A DNA stretch of 64,000 nt from an uncultured delta proteobacterium (GCA_963806225.1 CAWDXG010000001.1:1792001-1856000), one strand, 5' to 3'; positions 29,922-41,581 are shown, counted from the stretch's first letter. Numbers and translations: made by a program. The notes: a model not told the origin generated them from the sequence alone.

Positions 29922-29925
<4 letters not shown>
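28816..29925 (+). CDS. sahR: ArsR HTH-methyltransferase fusion regulator (SahR-like)
   Basis: [29 protein letters not shown] plus [11 protein letters not shown]-binding domain; directly upstream of ahcY. Confidence 0.8.
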
Positions 29926-31304
<1,379 letters not shown>

Positions 31305-31315
31305 TCCACCCTGCA

Positions 31316-31369
31316 ACGACCGCGCGCCGCGCGGCTCCCCTCTGGAGCTTCGCGGCGCGTTGTCGTTTT
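31316..31369 (+). terminator. Intrinsic terminator after ahcY
   Basis: Long hairpin ACGAC..CGCGCCGCG..GCTCC/GGAGC..CGCGGCGCG..GTCGT ending in TTTT. Confidence 0.65.
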
Positions 31370-31379
31370 GTGCGGCGCG

Positions 31380-33269
31380 CTAGTGGCCGTGGCCGTGCGG
31401 CTTGTCGTGGCCTTTGGCCTTGCCCTTGTCGTGCTCGTCCTTCTTCGGTTTCTTGTCCGCGGGCGGAGGCGGCGTGATGGCGAGCCCGGGATTGGCGCGG
31501 GCCGCGGTTTTCGGCTCGGCCGCGGGCTTGGGAGGCGCCTGCGTGGGGGCCGGAGCGGGTGCGCCCGCGCTCACGGCTTTGTGCGACGCACCGGCAACGG
31601 TCGCTTCGGGGGGGACTGCGGGGGGCTGCGCGCCGCCCGCCGGCGCGCTTGTCGCCGTCGTGTCCGGGGCGCCGCCGGCACCTTGCTCCATCGCGCCCGC
31701 TACGTTGTCGCCGGCACCGGCCGCGCCGGCGAGACCGCCGGGTGCGCCGCTCGTGGACGGCACGGCGCTGCTGGAACCGGGCAGCCCGATTTCGGGCAGT
31801 GCGGCGCCGTCCTCCTCGACCAGGTACACCGCCGTTGCCGCGACAGCCCCGCCGACCAACAGCAGCACGGCGGCGATGGCGAGCACCCACGGCAGGAGCG
31901 AGCGCTTCTTCGGGGGCGGAACCGAAGTGCCGGTAGCAGTCGTCGCGGCCGCGCTGCCCGGAGCGAGCGTACCGGCCATCGGGCGTACCGAGGCCGGGCC
32001 GGCGGCCATGGCGCTGCCGTGCATCGACTGCGGAGCGTCGGCGATGGCGCTGCCGTGCATCGACTGCGGAGCGTCGGCGATGGCGCTGCCGTGCATCGAC
32101 TGCGGAGCGTCGGCGATGGCGGCGAACGACCCGGGCGCGGGCGTCGTGCTGCGTGGAAATTGCCCTGCCGCGGCGTCAGCGCGCACTGCGGCCTCGGGGA
32201 TCTGCGGCAGCACTGCGGTTCCGCCGGCGGTCCTGGCAAGCGGGTTGACCGGTGCCGGAGCCGTGGGCGCCGTCGCGGGATCCCGGGTGCTCGCCGGAGC
32301 GTTGCCCTGGGCTGCCGCAGCAACCGCGGCGGCCGGCACCGCGGGCATGTCGAGCCGCGTCGATTCCTCGCGTGCCGCGTTCTGGCTCGACGCGTAGGGC
32401 GGCGCGGCCCCCTCGCGCACGGCGCGCACATCGGCCTGCATCGTGCGCGCGTCCGGGTATCGCGCTTCACGCGAGAAGGCGAGCGACAGATCGATGATCG
32501 CGCATAGATCGGGTGGCGTACCGGGCGCGGCGGAGGCGAGGGGCGGCGCGGGCTTCGACGCCATCGCGATGAGCAGCTCGGCTTCGCTGTCGGCCTCGTG
32601 CACTTTGCGTCCCGCAAGGATGCGAAAGGCCGTGGCACCGAGCGCGAATAGATCCACCCGGCCGTCGATCTCGCTGCGGCGCCCGAGCGCCTGTTCGGGC
32701 GCCATGTACGGCAGCGTCCCGAGCGCCATGCCCGTGCGCGTCTTGAAGTCGCCGGGTACGTCGTCCATCATGCGCGCCAGTCCGAAATCGAGAATCTTGA
32801 TGCGCCCCTCGTTCGTGACGAACAGGTTGTCTGGCTTCAGATCGCGGTGGATGATCCCCTGCTCGTGCGCATCCACGAGCACGTCCAGGATCTGGTCCAG
32901 ATAGTCGCAGAGCTCCGGCACCGGCAGCTTGCCTACGCGGCGCACACGGGCGCTCAGAGGCTCGCCTTCGAGCAGCTCCATCACGAGGAAGGTCGCGCCG
33001 GACTCGTCGGAGCTGTGCTCCAGCACCTGCACCGCGCCGGGGTGCGCGACGCGGTTCGCGACGTACGCTTCGCGCAGGAAGCGCTCGCGCACGTCGTGAC
33101 GCAGGCTCATCTCCGGATGGAGGATCTTGACGGCCGCGACGTTGCCGGAGCTGTCGCGCGCTGCATACACGGCGGCCATGCCTCCGGTGCCGAGCAGACG
33201 CTCGAGCTGCCAGCGTCCGCCGACCGTCTGTCCGACGAGGCGTGCCGCCAATGCTTCGTCCGAATCCAC
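31380..33269 (-). CDS. Membrane-anchored Ser/Thr protein kinase
   Basis: LGTGGMAAVY, AVKIL, HRDLKPDN, DFG, GTLPYMAPEQ; TM LLPWVLAIAAVLLLVGG. Confidence 0.95.
   Translation of the reverse strand: MDSDEALAARLVGQTVGGRWQLERLLGTGGMAAVYAARDSSGNVAAVKILHPEMSLRHDVRERFLREAYVANRVAHPGAVQVLEHSSDESGATFLVMELLEGEPLSARVRRVGKLPVPELCDYLDQILDVLVDAHEQGIIHRDLKPDNLFVTNEGRIKILDFGLARMMDDVPGDFKTRTGMALGTLPYMAPEQALGRRSEIDGRVDLFALGATAFRILAGRKVHEADSEAELLIAMASKPAPPLASAAPGTPPDLCAIIDLSLAFSREARYPDARTMQADVRAVREGAAPPYASSQNAAREESTRLDMPAVPAAAVAAAAQGNAPASTRDPATAPTAPAPVNPLARTAGGTAVLPQIPEAAVRADAAAGQFPRSTTPAPGSFAAIADAPQSMHGSAIADAPQSMHGSAIADAPQSMHGSAMAAGPASVRPMAGTLAPGSAAATTATGTSVPPPKKRSLLPWVLAIAAVLLLVGGAVAATAVYLVEEDGAALPEIGLPGSSSAVPSTSGAPGGLAGAAGAGDNVAGAMEQGAGGAPDTTATSAPAGGAQPPAVPPEATVAGASHKAVSAGAPAPAPTQAPPKPAAEPKTAARANPGLAITPPPPADKKPKKDEHDKGKAKGHDKPHGHGH
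32008..32121. repeat. Perfect 36-bp tandem repeat, three copies plus a partial, within the kinase linker
   Basis: ATGGCGCTGCCGTGCATCGACTGCGGAGCGTCGGCG at 32008, 32044 and 32080; encodes AIADAPQSMHGS. Confidence 0.95.
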
Positions 33270-33402
33270 TCACGGCTTTCTAGCCCACAATGCGCGCGGG
33301 CGGAACGTCGAGCGGAGCGTCCGGAGTGACGCGACCGATGTTCAGGTAGGGCCGGAGCGGTTGTCGTGGAAGGGACGGGAAGGGCGGGGTACGATGCCGC
33401 GT

Positions 33403-33804
33403 ATGACGCCGAGCGAGAAGAATATCGTGAAATCCCTGGTGGCCGTGGCGTGGGCCGACGGCAAGCTCGAGCAGCCGGAATCCGGCGTGATCGAAGGGAT
33501 GTTGTGCGGCTTCGATGCGACCGACGAGGAAGAGACGGAAATCCTCGAATACGCGAGCCAGCGGCGCACCCTGAGCGACGATATCCCGCTCGACTCGCTC
33601 GGCAAGGAGGACCGCGAGCTGCTGCTCGCGAACGCCGCCCTGTTGACGCATGCCGACGGCGAGCAGAGCTCGAGCGAAAGCGAGCTGCTCGAGCGGCTGA
33701 TCAAGATCCTGGGATTCGAGGCCGACGAGGCCAAAACCATCCTCGATTCCGTCGCGGACGGTGCGCCGCAGCTCGGCGCGCAGTCGCTTGAAGACGCTGA
33801 CTAG
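33403..33804 (+). CDS. TerB-like domain protein
   Basis: LVAVAWADGKLEQPE...LTHADGEQSSSESELLERL two-motif TerB pattern. Confidence 0.75.
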   Translation: MTPSEKNIVKSLVAVAWADGKLEQPESGVIEGMLCGFDATDEEETEILEYASQRRTLSDDIPLDSLGKEDRELLLANAALLTHADGEQSSSESELLERLIKILGFEADEAKTILDSVADGAPQLGAQSLEDAD

Positions 33805-33809
33805 GCACC

Positions 33810-34322
33810 GTGATCGACAGGAACGAACAGCGGTTCTTCGGCGGCCAGGACATGGCGTCGGTGATCCAGCAGATCCAGGGAGCGCTGTACCAGAGCGGGA
33901 TCCAGCTGCAGCAGACCGGCCCGAACACGTGGGGCGGCAGGAGCCAGCAGTCGAGCTACGGCCTGACGCCGAAGGTGGCGTTGACGACGATGCCCTCGCA
34001 GAACGGCTTCACCGTCGATGCGCGCGTCGCCGCCGACTTCGAGACGAACGCGATCATCATCCTGATCGTGGCGTGGGTGTTGTTCTTTCCGCTCGCCATC
34101 ATCCTCGGGATCCTCGGCTACCAGGACTGGCAGACGCGGCAGGACCAGCTGCTCGCGGCGATCTGGGCGCCCGTGCAGCACCGCATGCTCGCACCGCCTG
34201 CGCCGCAGTACGGTCCGCCGGGGCAGGGCCAGTACGGCGCGGCGCCCCAGCAACAACAGCAGGGGTTTACTCCGCCGCCAGGCGCTCCGCCTCCGGGCGG
34301 CTGGGGCGGCGGTCAGTCGTAG
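33810..34322 (+). CDS. Hypothetical membrane protein with Pro/Gln/Gly-rich tail
   Basis: One or two TM segments; strong coding bias. Confidence 0.7.
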   Translation: MIDRNEQRFFGGQDMASVIQQIQGALYQSGIQLQQTGPNTWGGRSQQSSYGLTPKVALTTMPSQNGFTVDARVAADFETNAIIILIVAWVLFFPLAIILGILGYQDWQTRQDQLLAAIWAPVQHRMLAPPAPQYGPPGQGQYGAAPQQQQQGFTPPPGAPPPGGWGGGQS

Positions 34323-34365
34323 CGCCGCGGTTGACGCGGCCCGCGCGCCGGGCGACGGAGCCGGG

Positions 34366-35169
34366 ATGAGCGTTTTCCGCGATGGGATCCTGTCTGGGCA
34401 GGTGGCGCTGGTCACGGGCGGAGGCAGCGGCATCGGTGCGGGCATTGCCCGGCGCTTCGCCGCGCAGGGCGCCAAGGTCGGCTTGCTCGGCCGTCGCCTC
34501 GAGAAGCTGTCGGAAATGGCCCAACAGATCACCGACGCCGGTGGCGAGGCCGTGCCGCTCCCGGCGGACGTGCGCGACTTCGATGCGGTCGCGGGCGCCG
34601 TGGGGCAGCTGGTCGAGCGCTTCGGTCGCCTCGACATCGTCGTGAACTCGGCCGCAGGCAATTTCCTCGCGCCCGCTGCGGGCCTCAGCTCGAACGGGTT
34701 CAAGGCGGTCATCGACATCGATCTGGTCGGGACTTTCAACGCCAGCCGTGCCGCATTCGAGCACCTGTCGAAGCAGGGTGGCTCGGTGCTCAGCATCACC
34801 GCGACGCAGGCCTGGATCCCGACGCCGCTGCAGTGTCACGCGGGTGCGGCAAAAGCGGGCATTGCAAAGCTCACCCAGGATCTCGCCCTCGAGTGGGGAG
34901 CGATGAAGGTGCGCGTGAACGCTATCGCGCCCGGGCCCATCGCGGGCACCGAGGGCATGTCGCGGCTCGCGCCTCCCGACGAGGACGCGCGCGACAAGCT
35001 GCAGCAGGGGCTGCCGGCGGGGCGCTGGGGCACCATCGACGAGATCGCGGACGCGGCGCTGTATCTGGTGTCGCCCGCGGCGGGGTTCATCACCGGCACC
35101 ACGCTCGTCGTGGACGGCGGGCAGTCGCTGCTGGGTTCGGCGAGCTTCATGCAGCTGATGGAGGGTTGA
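34366..35169 (+). CDS. SDR oxidoreductase, 2,4-dienoyl-CoA reductase-like
   Basis: TGGGSGIG, VNSAAGNFLAP, NGFKAVIDIDLVGTFN, HAGAAKAG, LALEWG. Confidence 0.88.
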   Translation: MSVFRDGILSGQVALVTGGGSGIGAGIARRFAAQGAKVGLLGRRLEKLSEMAQQITDAGGEAVPLPADVRDFDAVAGAVGQLVERFGRLDIVVNSAAGNFLAPAAGLSSNGFKAVIDIDLVGTFNASRAAFEHLSKQGGSVLSITATQAWIPTPLQCHAGAAKAGIAKLTQDLALEWGAMKVRVNAIAPGPIAGTEGMSRLAPPDEDARDKLQQGLPAGRWGTIDEIADAALYLVSPAAGFITGTTLVVDGGQSLLGSASFMQLMEG

Positions 35170-35172
35170 GCC

Positions 35173-35772
35173 CTACGCGCCGTCTTGCGGCGCCTCGGGC
35201 GGCGGCAGGGACTCTCCCCGGGTACCGATCCCGAGCCCGGAGATGCCTCCCGAGACGATGAACGTCATCAGGTCCGCGGGGGGCACGTCGAGCGCTTCCA
35301 CATTTTTGCTCGGCACGATGACCAGGTTGCCGGCGAAGTTGTACGACTGCGGGAAGTAGACGGCGACGTGACCGGAGACGCCGACGAACGGCAGGCTCTC
35401 CCGCGTCACGAAGCCCAGCGCCCGCGCCGCGTGCCCCGGCAGGAGTGACACCATGACCGGCTTGTCGAAGCGCTTCTTGTCACCGACGAACGCGCTCACC
35501 AGATCCTTGATCGACGAGTAGACGAGCTTGACGAGCGGAACGTGGGCAAGCAGCCGCTCCGTCCAGTCGAAGACCGCCTTGCCGGCCACGCTTGAAGCGA
35601 GGAAGCCGACCAGCGTGATCAAGCCCAGCGTGAGCACGAAGCCGAGCCCCGGGATGCCGACGGGCATCACGTGATCCACGGTCGTGAAGACCAGGTACAC
35701 GACGTAGAGGGTGGCGGCCAGCGGGGCCAGCACCAGACTGCCGCGAAGGAAATAGCGCACGATCGTTCGCAT
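35173..35772 (-). CDS. DUF502 membrane protein
   Basis: [48 protein letters not shown]. Confidence 0.85.
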   Translation of the reverse strand: MRTIVRYFLRGSLVLAPLAATLYVVYLVFTTVDHVMPVGIPGLGFVLTLGLITLVGFLASSVAGKAVFDWTERLLAHVPLVKLVYSSIKDLVSAFVGDKKRFDKPVMVSLLPGHAARALGFVTRESLPFVGVSGHVAVYFPQSYNFAGNLVIVPSKNVEALDVPPADLMTFIVSGGISGLGIGTRGESLPPPEAPQDGA

Positions 35773-35854
35773 GAGCCGGACCATCCCGGACCGGCGGCCA
35801 GGTCACAAGCCGCGGCGCTTTGACAGACGGCCCATGGCGTTCTACGTGGGCGGC

Positions 35855-36373
35855 ATGACGACGAGACAGTCCCGCACTCTCCGCCACGTCGCGCTGTGTG
35901 CGCTCTCGGCTGGCCTGCTTCTGTCCGCGTGTGACCGGGTCCCCGAGCCGACGGGCTCGTCCAACACGTCCACGACGACCGCCGACACGCCCACCACGGC
36001 GGAGCCCGCGAAGTCGGCGACGGGAGCGAGCGAGACCGCGAAGGTGACGAAGCTCCAGATCAAGGACCAGAAGGTCGGCAAGGGGCCGGCGGCCAAGGAT
36101 GGCAACACCGTGAGCGTGCACTACACGGGCTGGCTCCTCGACGGCACCAAGTTCGACAGCTCCCGCGACCGCGACCAGCCGTTCTCGTTCACGCTGGGTC
36201 AGGGCGGCGTGATAAAGGGCTGGGACAAGGGCGTGGTCGGCATGAAGGCGGGCGGCAAGCGCGAGCTCGTCATCCCGCCCGACATGGCCTACGGCAAGCG
36301 CGGCAGTCCGCCGAAGATCCCGCCGAACGCGCCGCTCAAGTTCGACATCGAGCTACTGAAGATCGAAAAGTAG
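35855..36373 (+). CDS. FKBP-type peptidyl-prolyl isomerase lipoprotein
   Basis: Lipobox [54 protein letters not shown]. Confidence 0.93.
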   Translation: MTTRQSRTLRHVALCALSAGLLLSACDRVPEPTGSSNTSTTTADTPTTAEPAKSATGASETAKVTKLQIKDQKVGKGPAAKDGNTVSVHYTGWLLDGTKFDSSRDRDQPFSFTLGQGGVIKGWDKGVVGMKAGGKRELVIPPDMAYGKRGSPPKIPPNAPLKFDIELLKIEK

Positions 36374-36377
36374 GCGG

Positions 36378-38141
36378 TCAAGCGCTGGGGAAGGGGATGC
36401 GCTCGAGATCTTCGACGATGCTCTCGAAGTCCTCGAAGGTCAGTGCCTGGTCGGCGTCGCTCTTGGCTTCGGGCGGATTGGGGTGCACCTCGATCATGAT
36501 GCCGTGCGCGCCCACCGCCTTGGCCGCGCGGCAGAGCGGCCGGATCCAGCGCCGCACGCCCACGCCGTGGCTTGGGTCCACGATAACCGGCAGGTGCGTC
36601 CGCTCGCGGAGCACGGGCACAGCCGAAAGATCGAGCGTATTGCGCGTCGCCGTCTCGAAGGTGCGGATGCCGCGCTCGCACAGGATCACGTGCGGGTTGC
36701 CTTCGGCCAGGACGTATTCGGCGGCCGCGAGCAGCTCGTCGAGGCTCGCGGACATGCCGCGCTTGAGCATGACCGGCCGTTCCGTGCGGCCGACGGCGCG
36801 CAGCAGATCGAAGTTCTGCATGTTGCGAGCGCCGATCTGCAGCACATCGACCTCGCGGGCCATCCGCTCGACCTGCTCGACGCTCATCACCTCGCTCACG
36901 ACGGGCAGGCCGGCGGCGCGGCCGGCCTCGGCCAGAAGCGCTACGCCCTCCCAGCCCAGCCCCTGGAACGAGTACGGATTGGTGCGCGGCTTGAAGGCGC
37001 CGCCGCGCAGCAGGCGGGCGCCGTGCAGAGCTACCTCGCGCGCGGTGGCGAGCACCTGATCGCGCGACTCGACCGAGCATGGCCCCGCAATGATCACGAA
37101 CTCGTCGCCGCCGAGGACCGCGTTGCCGATGGGGATGCGCGTGCCTTGCGGATGTGCCGGGCGGGAAGCCTTGGGCCAGTTCTTGGCGGCCGAGTCGGGT
37201 AGGGGAGGAGCTTCGGGCGGCTGGCTCGGTTGCGGCACGAGCTGGACGCGCCGCGGCTTGCCAGGCTCCGCAGCAGCCCGGGCGGTGTCAACGTCGTAGC
37301 TGCCGATGATCTGCAGCGAGAGTGCGTGCTCGCGCACCTGCTCCAGCGCGTCGCTCACGCGGGGGTCGGCCACGTCGCCTTCCAGATCGATGTAGAAAAG
37401 GTACTCCCACGCCTTGCCGAGCTTCGGGCGGGACTCGAGCTTGGCCAGGTTGAGGTCCGCGTCGGAGAGGATGCGCAGACATTCGCTGAGGGCGCCGTGT
37501 TCGTGGCGGGTCGCGAGCAGCACCGAGGTCTTCCGCTTGGCGCCCTCGCCGTGCTGCATCAGCGCGCGCACCTCGTCCCCCGGCTTCTGCGAGGTGAACA
37601 GGATGAAGCGGGTGAAGTTGTCGGGATGGTCCGCGATGTTCCGCGCCAGCTCCACCAGGCCGTAGCGTTCCGCCGCTTCCGGCGGCGCGATGGCTGCGCG
37701 GGTCGTGTCGCCGGATTCGGCGGTTTCCTTTGCGGCAACGCCCGTGTCGACGGACGGAATGATGCGGGCGCCGGCGAGGGTGCCGAGGAAACGGCCGCAC
37801 TCGGCGAGAACCAGCGGGTGGGCGTGCACCTCGCGCAGATCGCTGAGCGATGCGCCCTCGACGCCGAGCAGACGGTGATCCATGCGCCACTCGATCTCGC
37901 AGATCGGCACGAGATCGTACTGCGCGAGCAGGTCGTAGCCATCGCGCACGGTGCCCGCGATCGCGTTGTCCACAGGCAGGATGCCAACGTCGGCCTTGCC
38001 GCTGACGACGCTGGTTGCGACCTGGCGGAACGTCGGAACACCGAGCGGCTCGTGTCCGGTTCCCACGGCGTTGAAATACGCCGCGACCGCCACGCTGGAG
38101 TGGGCGCCTTCGATGCCCTGGAACGCTGCGGTGATGGTCAT
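36378..38141 (-). CDS. Prephenate dehydratase-ACT fused to class I-beta DAHP synthase
   Basis: N-half: AFQGIEGAHS, PVDNAIAG, HP..LAEC, NFTRF, ACT LAKLESRP; C-half: IAGPCSVES, RGGAFKPRT, QIGARNMQNF, LKRG, CERGIRTFE, DPSH, IEVHPNP..AKSD. Confidence 0.9.
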   Translation of the reverse strand: MTITAAFQGIEGAHSSVAVAAYFNAVGTGHEPLGVPTFRQVATSVVSGKADVGILPVDNAIAGTVRDGYDLLAQYDLVPICEIEWRMDHRLLGVEGASLSDLREVHAHPLVLAECGRFLGTLAGARIIPSVDTGVAAKETAESGDTTRAAIAPPEAAERYGLVELARNIADHPDNFTRFILFTSQKPGDEVRALMQHGEGAKRKTSVLLATRHEHGALSECLRILSDADLNLAKLESRPKLGKAWEYLFYIDLEGDVADPRVSDALEQVREHALSLQIIGSYDVDTARAAAEPGKPRRVQLVPQPSQPPEAPPLPDSAAKNWPKASRPAHPQGTRIPIGNAVLGGDEFVIIAGPCSVESRDQVLATAREVALHGARLLRGGAFKPRTNPYSFQGLGWEGVALLAEAGRAAGLPVVSEVMSVEQVERMAREVDVLQIGARNMQNFDLLRAVGRTERPVMLKRGMSASLDELLAAAEYVLAEGNPHVILCERGIRTFETATRNTLDLSAVPVLRERTHLPVIVDPSHGVGVRRWIRPLCRAAKAVGAHGIMIEVHPNPPEAKSDADQALTFEDFESIVEDLERIPFPSA

Positions 38142-38279
38142 GATCTGGTCTGCTTCCTGGCGGTGCTGTTGCGGAGCGCGCGGGCGCGCCCTTCCCCGGT
38201 GCCCCGGGCAGGGAGATGTACTGGAAGATGCCGCACTGCGCAAAGGTATCGGCTCGAAGGCCGACGGGCGGCAGCGGGG

Positions 38280-39110
38280 CTACAGCGCTGCCAGCCGCTC
38301 CAGGCCCTCGATGCGCTGCAGCGAGAATCGGTCGGCAGCGCTCATGCTGGCCGCGCGACCGCGCAGCACCGCCAGGTATTCGCGCAGCAGCGCGCGATCC
38401 ACGCCGCGCACGCGGCGCAGCAGTCCGTACATCTCGTCGACTACCGGAAGCGGCAGGGGATCGCCGATCGCGCGGTAGAGGCGGACCGCGTAGTCCACCC
38501 ACGCGGGCTTTCCGGTCGCGGCCGCGAGCTTGATCGCATAGCTCGCGGCGACGGGCGCCACGCTGCGGTCGAAACGGCCAGCGCACGATTCGTCCAGCAC
38601 GCGCGCCAGGTGACCGCCCAGCAGTCGCTCCGCCTCTTCCCCACGACGGAGAGCGAGCGCCTTGTCGACGACGCTGCCGAGCAACGCGAACGCATCGGCA
38701 CGGCGCGTGCGCTCGCTCTGGACTTCGTCTTCGGTATCGCGCACCGCTTCGAAGCTGACGGTCTCGCGGGCGCGGAGATTCTGCGCGGTGACCCGTTCAC
38801 GCTCGGGCGGGATGGGCTGCTCCACGACTTCGAGCGTTTCCTCGCCGATCGACACGCGGTCGCCGAGAGCGAGCGGGCTGGCTGCGTCGATCGACTTGCC
38901 GTTGACGAGCACGCCGTTGCGGCTGCCGAGGTCGCGAACGACAGGCTGCTCCTCGTCGAGGCGGATGGCTGCGTGGCGGCGCGACACGAGCTGGCTGTCC
39001 AGCACGAGATCACAGCTGGCTGAACGACCGATGACGATCTCCTGCTTCAACAGTGGAAGATCGCGCCCGCGATAGCGAAGCCCGTAGGCCACACGTGCGC
39101 GCTGGCGCAT
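38280..39110 (-). CDS. FHA-domain protein
   Basis: IGRSASCDLVL..VSRRHA..DLGSRNGVLVNG; start uncertain. Confidence 0.85.
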   Translation of the reverse strand: MRQRARVAYGLRYRGRDLPLLKQEIVIGRSASCDLVLDSQLVSRRHAAIRLDEEQPVVRDLGSRNGVLVNGKSIDAASPLALGDRVSIGEETLEVVEQPIPPERERVTAQNLRARETVSFEAVRDTEDEVQSERTRRADAFALLGSVVDKALALRRGEEAERLLGGHLARVLDESCAGRFDRSVAPVAASYAIKLAAATGKPAWVDYAVRLYRAIGDPLPLPVVDEMYGLLRRVRGVDRALLREYLAVLRGRAASMSAADRFSLQRIEGLERLAAL

Positions 39111-39261
39111 CCCGCTGCCAGGTGGGCTCGTTGAAACCCGTCGAGCTGTGTCGTCGCTTTTCACCCCTAGGGGTGATGCATAGTCACGCCGCGCGCCGGG
39201 GTAAAGCGGCATCGCAGCACCGTCGCGGGGCCTGGCCGGCGACGGGGGCTCCAGCCCCGCG

Positions 39262-40344
39262 TCAGGACGCCCCGGCGCGCGGGTAGCTGCCTAGCACTTT
39301 CACCATCGCGCAATGCTGCGCCAGCTTGTCGAGCGCCTGCGCCACCGGCGGATCGGCCCGATGCCCCTCGAGATCCGTGAAAAACACGTACTCCCACATG
39401 CGGTCGCGGCCGGGTCTGGACTCTATCCGGCTGAGATTGATGCCTTCTTCGTCGAAGATCTCCAGGACCCGCTTCAAGGCGCCGCGCTCGTGGGGTGTGG
39501 AAAACACCAGGCTCGTCTTGTCGTTGCCGCTGGGCGGAGCGTCCTCCGGAGCGAGCAGCACGAAGCGGGTCGCGTTCTGCGGGCGATCCTGGATGCGTTC
39601 GCGGATCACCGATAGACCGTGCAGTTCCGCGGCCAGCCGGCTGGCCACGGCCGCCGCCTCGTCGTCCGCGCCGGCCTCGCGGGCGGCGGTGGACGTGGAC
39701 GGCGAGACCACCAGCTGGGCGGACGGAACGTTGTCGGCCAGCCAGCCGCGGCACTGCGCGAGCGCCTGCGGGTGCGAGTACACGCGCTGTATGCGGCTGA
39801 TGTCGTCGTGGCGGCCCACCAGGCACTGGTTCACGTCGAGCACGATCTCGCCCCGGATGCGCAGGTCGCTGTCCAGTAGGCAATCGAGCGTGAAGGTGAC
39901 GCCGCCCTCGGTCGAGTTCTCGATCGGCACGATGCCGTAACTCGCCGTTCCGCGCCCTACGGCGTCGAACACGGCGGCGATGGTGGTCGCTTCCACGTAT
40001 CGCGCGGCCAGCCCGAACGAGCTGAGCGCGGCCATGTGCGTGAAGGTGCCGGGGGGGCCGAGGTAGGCGACGCTGATAGGCTGCTGCAGCGCGAGGCACG
40101 CACTGATGATCTGGCGGAACACGGGGCGGACGCTGCCGACCGGGAAGATCGCATCCGGACGCTCCGCCAGGAGCTGCTCGAGGCGTTCAAGCAGTCGTTC
40201 CTCTCGCTCCGGATCGTGCGACGGCTGGGCGCTCGCCTGCTTTTCCTCGCCGATTTCCGCTGCCGCATGCGCCCGCTGGTCCAGCAGATCGAGGAGCTGC
40301 TCGTCGATCGCGTCGATACGGTGGCGGATGTCGTCGATGCCCAT
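39262..40344 (-). CDS. pheA: Chorismate mutase/prephenate dehydratase (P-protein)
   Basis: IRHRIDAIDEQLL..DPERE; VAYLGPPGTFTH; PIENSTEG; SHPQALAQC; NATRF; LSRIESRP; LGSYP. Confidence 0.95.
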   Translation of the reverse strand: MGIDDIRHRIDAIDEQLLDLLDQRAHAAAEIGEEKQASAQPSHDPEREERLLERLEQLLAERPDAIFPVGSVRPVFRQIISACLALQQPISVAYLGPPGTFTHMAALSSFGLAARYVEATTIAAVFDAVGRGTASYGIVPIENSTEGGVTFTLDCLLDSDLRIRGEIVLDVNQCLVGRHDDISRIQRVYSHPQALAQCRGWLADNVPSAQLVVSPSTSTAAREAGADDEAAAVASRLAAELHGLSVIRERIQDRPQNATRFVLLAPEDAPPSGNDKTSLVFSTPHERGALKRVLEIFDEEGINLSRIESRPGRDRMWEYVFFTDLEGHRADPPVAQALDKLAQHCAMVKVLGSYPRAGAS

Positions 40345-40349
40345 GCGGA

Positions 40350-41009
40350 CTACCCGGACGATTCGATCGCGATCCGGATGATCGAAGCGGCGCACATGCG
40401 TGCGTAGTCCCTCCACCCGAGCAACTCGGCGGTGCCTTCCACGACGGCCGCCCAGCCGTCGGCTTCCTCGCGCAGCTGGCGCACGACCAGGATCACACGC
40501 TCGAACGGTAGGCCCTGCCGCAGAGCCGACGGCAGCCCTCCGTAGAGCACTCCCGCGCAGTCGCGGTAGGCGAGATCCAGCTCCGTGCGGTTCGTCTCGC
40601 GGATGGCCGTGTGGGCGCGGCGCACCAGGTGCGCCACCCGCAGTATCTGTCCCGTGGTGACGCCACCCAGCGTCCAGGCCGCCCAGGCGCGTTCGATGGC
40701 CGCCAGTTGCGTCGGCTCGACGCTGCCGCGCGAAATGTTGGCCTCGAGTGCGTCCGACAGGGCACGCGCAGCGCGCATCCAGTCCGGTGCGTCGGCGGCC
40801 AGCGTGCTGCGCGGTCCGGAGGCCGGTTCTGGAAAATCCAGCAGCTCCTGCCCGCTCGGGACCTCACGCGTCGAGAGCGCGATCAGGTCCTCGGAGGGCG
40901 GAGCGTAGGCGGTGACGGCCCCGGTCGGATCGGCTGGGAAGCGCCGGGGCGTGTGCCGGTCGAGCAGAGGCGACGTGTTGTAGAGATCGGATTTCTGCTT
41001 GCCCATCAT
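40350..41009 (-). CDS. Hypothetical protein
   Basis: 219-aa ORF ending 5 bp before pheA; plausible codon bias. Confidence 0.6.
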   Translation of the reverse strand: MMGKQKSDLYNTSPLLDRHTPRRFPADPTGAVTAYAPPSEDLIALSTREVPSGQELLDFPEPASGPRSTLAADAPDWMRAARALSDALEANISRGSVEPTQLAAIERAWAAWTLGGVTTGQILRVAHLVRRAHTAIRETNRTELDLAYRDCAGVLYGGLPSALRQGLPFERVILVVRQLREEADGWAAVVEGTAELLGWRDYARMCAASIIRIAIESSG

Positions 41010-41148
41010 GCCGGGTCCGGACCCGGAAGCTCCAATCTAGACGACGCGGCCCAGTTTCGCCAGCGCGGGCCGGAGCCAGTGAAGCCAGAACAGCTCCGGC
41101 GGACGCCGGGGCACGGCGAGGCGCCCCGACATCCATCCGGACCGGGCT

Positions 41149-41475
41149 CTACTTGAGCACGTCGGTGAGCTTCTGGAGCTTCATCGCAAGCCCCATGTCG
41201 CCCTCGATCTTCAGCTTGCCCGAGAAGAACAGCTGCTGACCGTTGGCCTTGCCCTCGATCATGTCGACGTAGTCGCTCGCAGCCATCTTGATGGTGCACT
41301 GCGCGTCGCTGTCGCCCTCGGTCACGCCGGGGTCGTCCTTGAGGTTCATCACCCAGGTGCCACCGCCGTCGCCGTCGAGCACGAACTTGTAGGTCGCGCC
41401 AATCTGCTTGGCCGCGTCCTTGTGCTCTTCGATCTTGGCCTTGGCCTCTTCCATCTTCTCTGCGGCAGTCGCCAT
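41149..41475 (-). CDS. SCP2 sterol/lipid-binding domain protein
   Basis: GAGGAG RBS; YKFVLDGDGGGTW; QQLFFSGKLKIEGDMGLAMKL. Confidence 0.9.
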   Translation of the reverse strand: MATAAEKMEEAKAKIEEHKDAAKQIGATYKFVLDGDGGGTWVMNLKDDPGVTEGDSDAQCTIKMAASDYVDMIEGKANGQQLFFSGKLKIEGDMGLAMKLQKLTDVLK

Positions 41476-41581
41476 GTCTCTTGTCTCCTCGTGGCTTTGT
41501 TCGGTGTCTTGTCCGGTCCAGAGTAGCTGGACCTGTTCGACCCTCGGGCAGTCGGCCTCCGGGCAGAATCGTCGGGATCGA

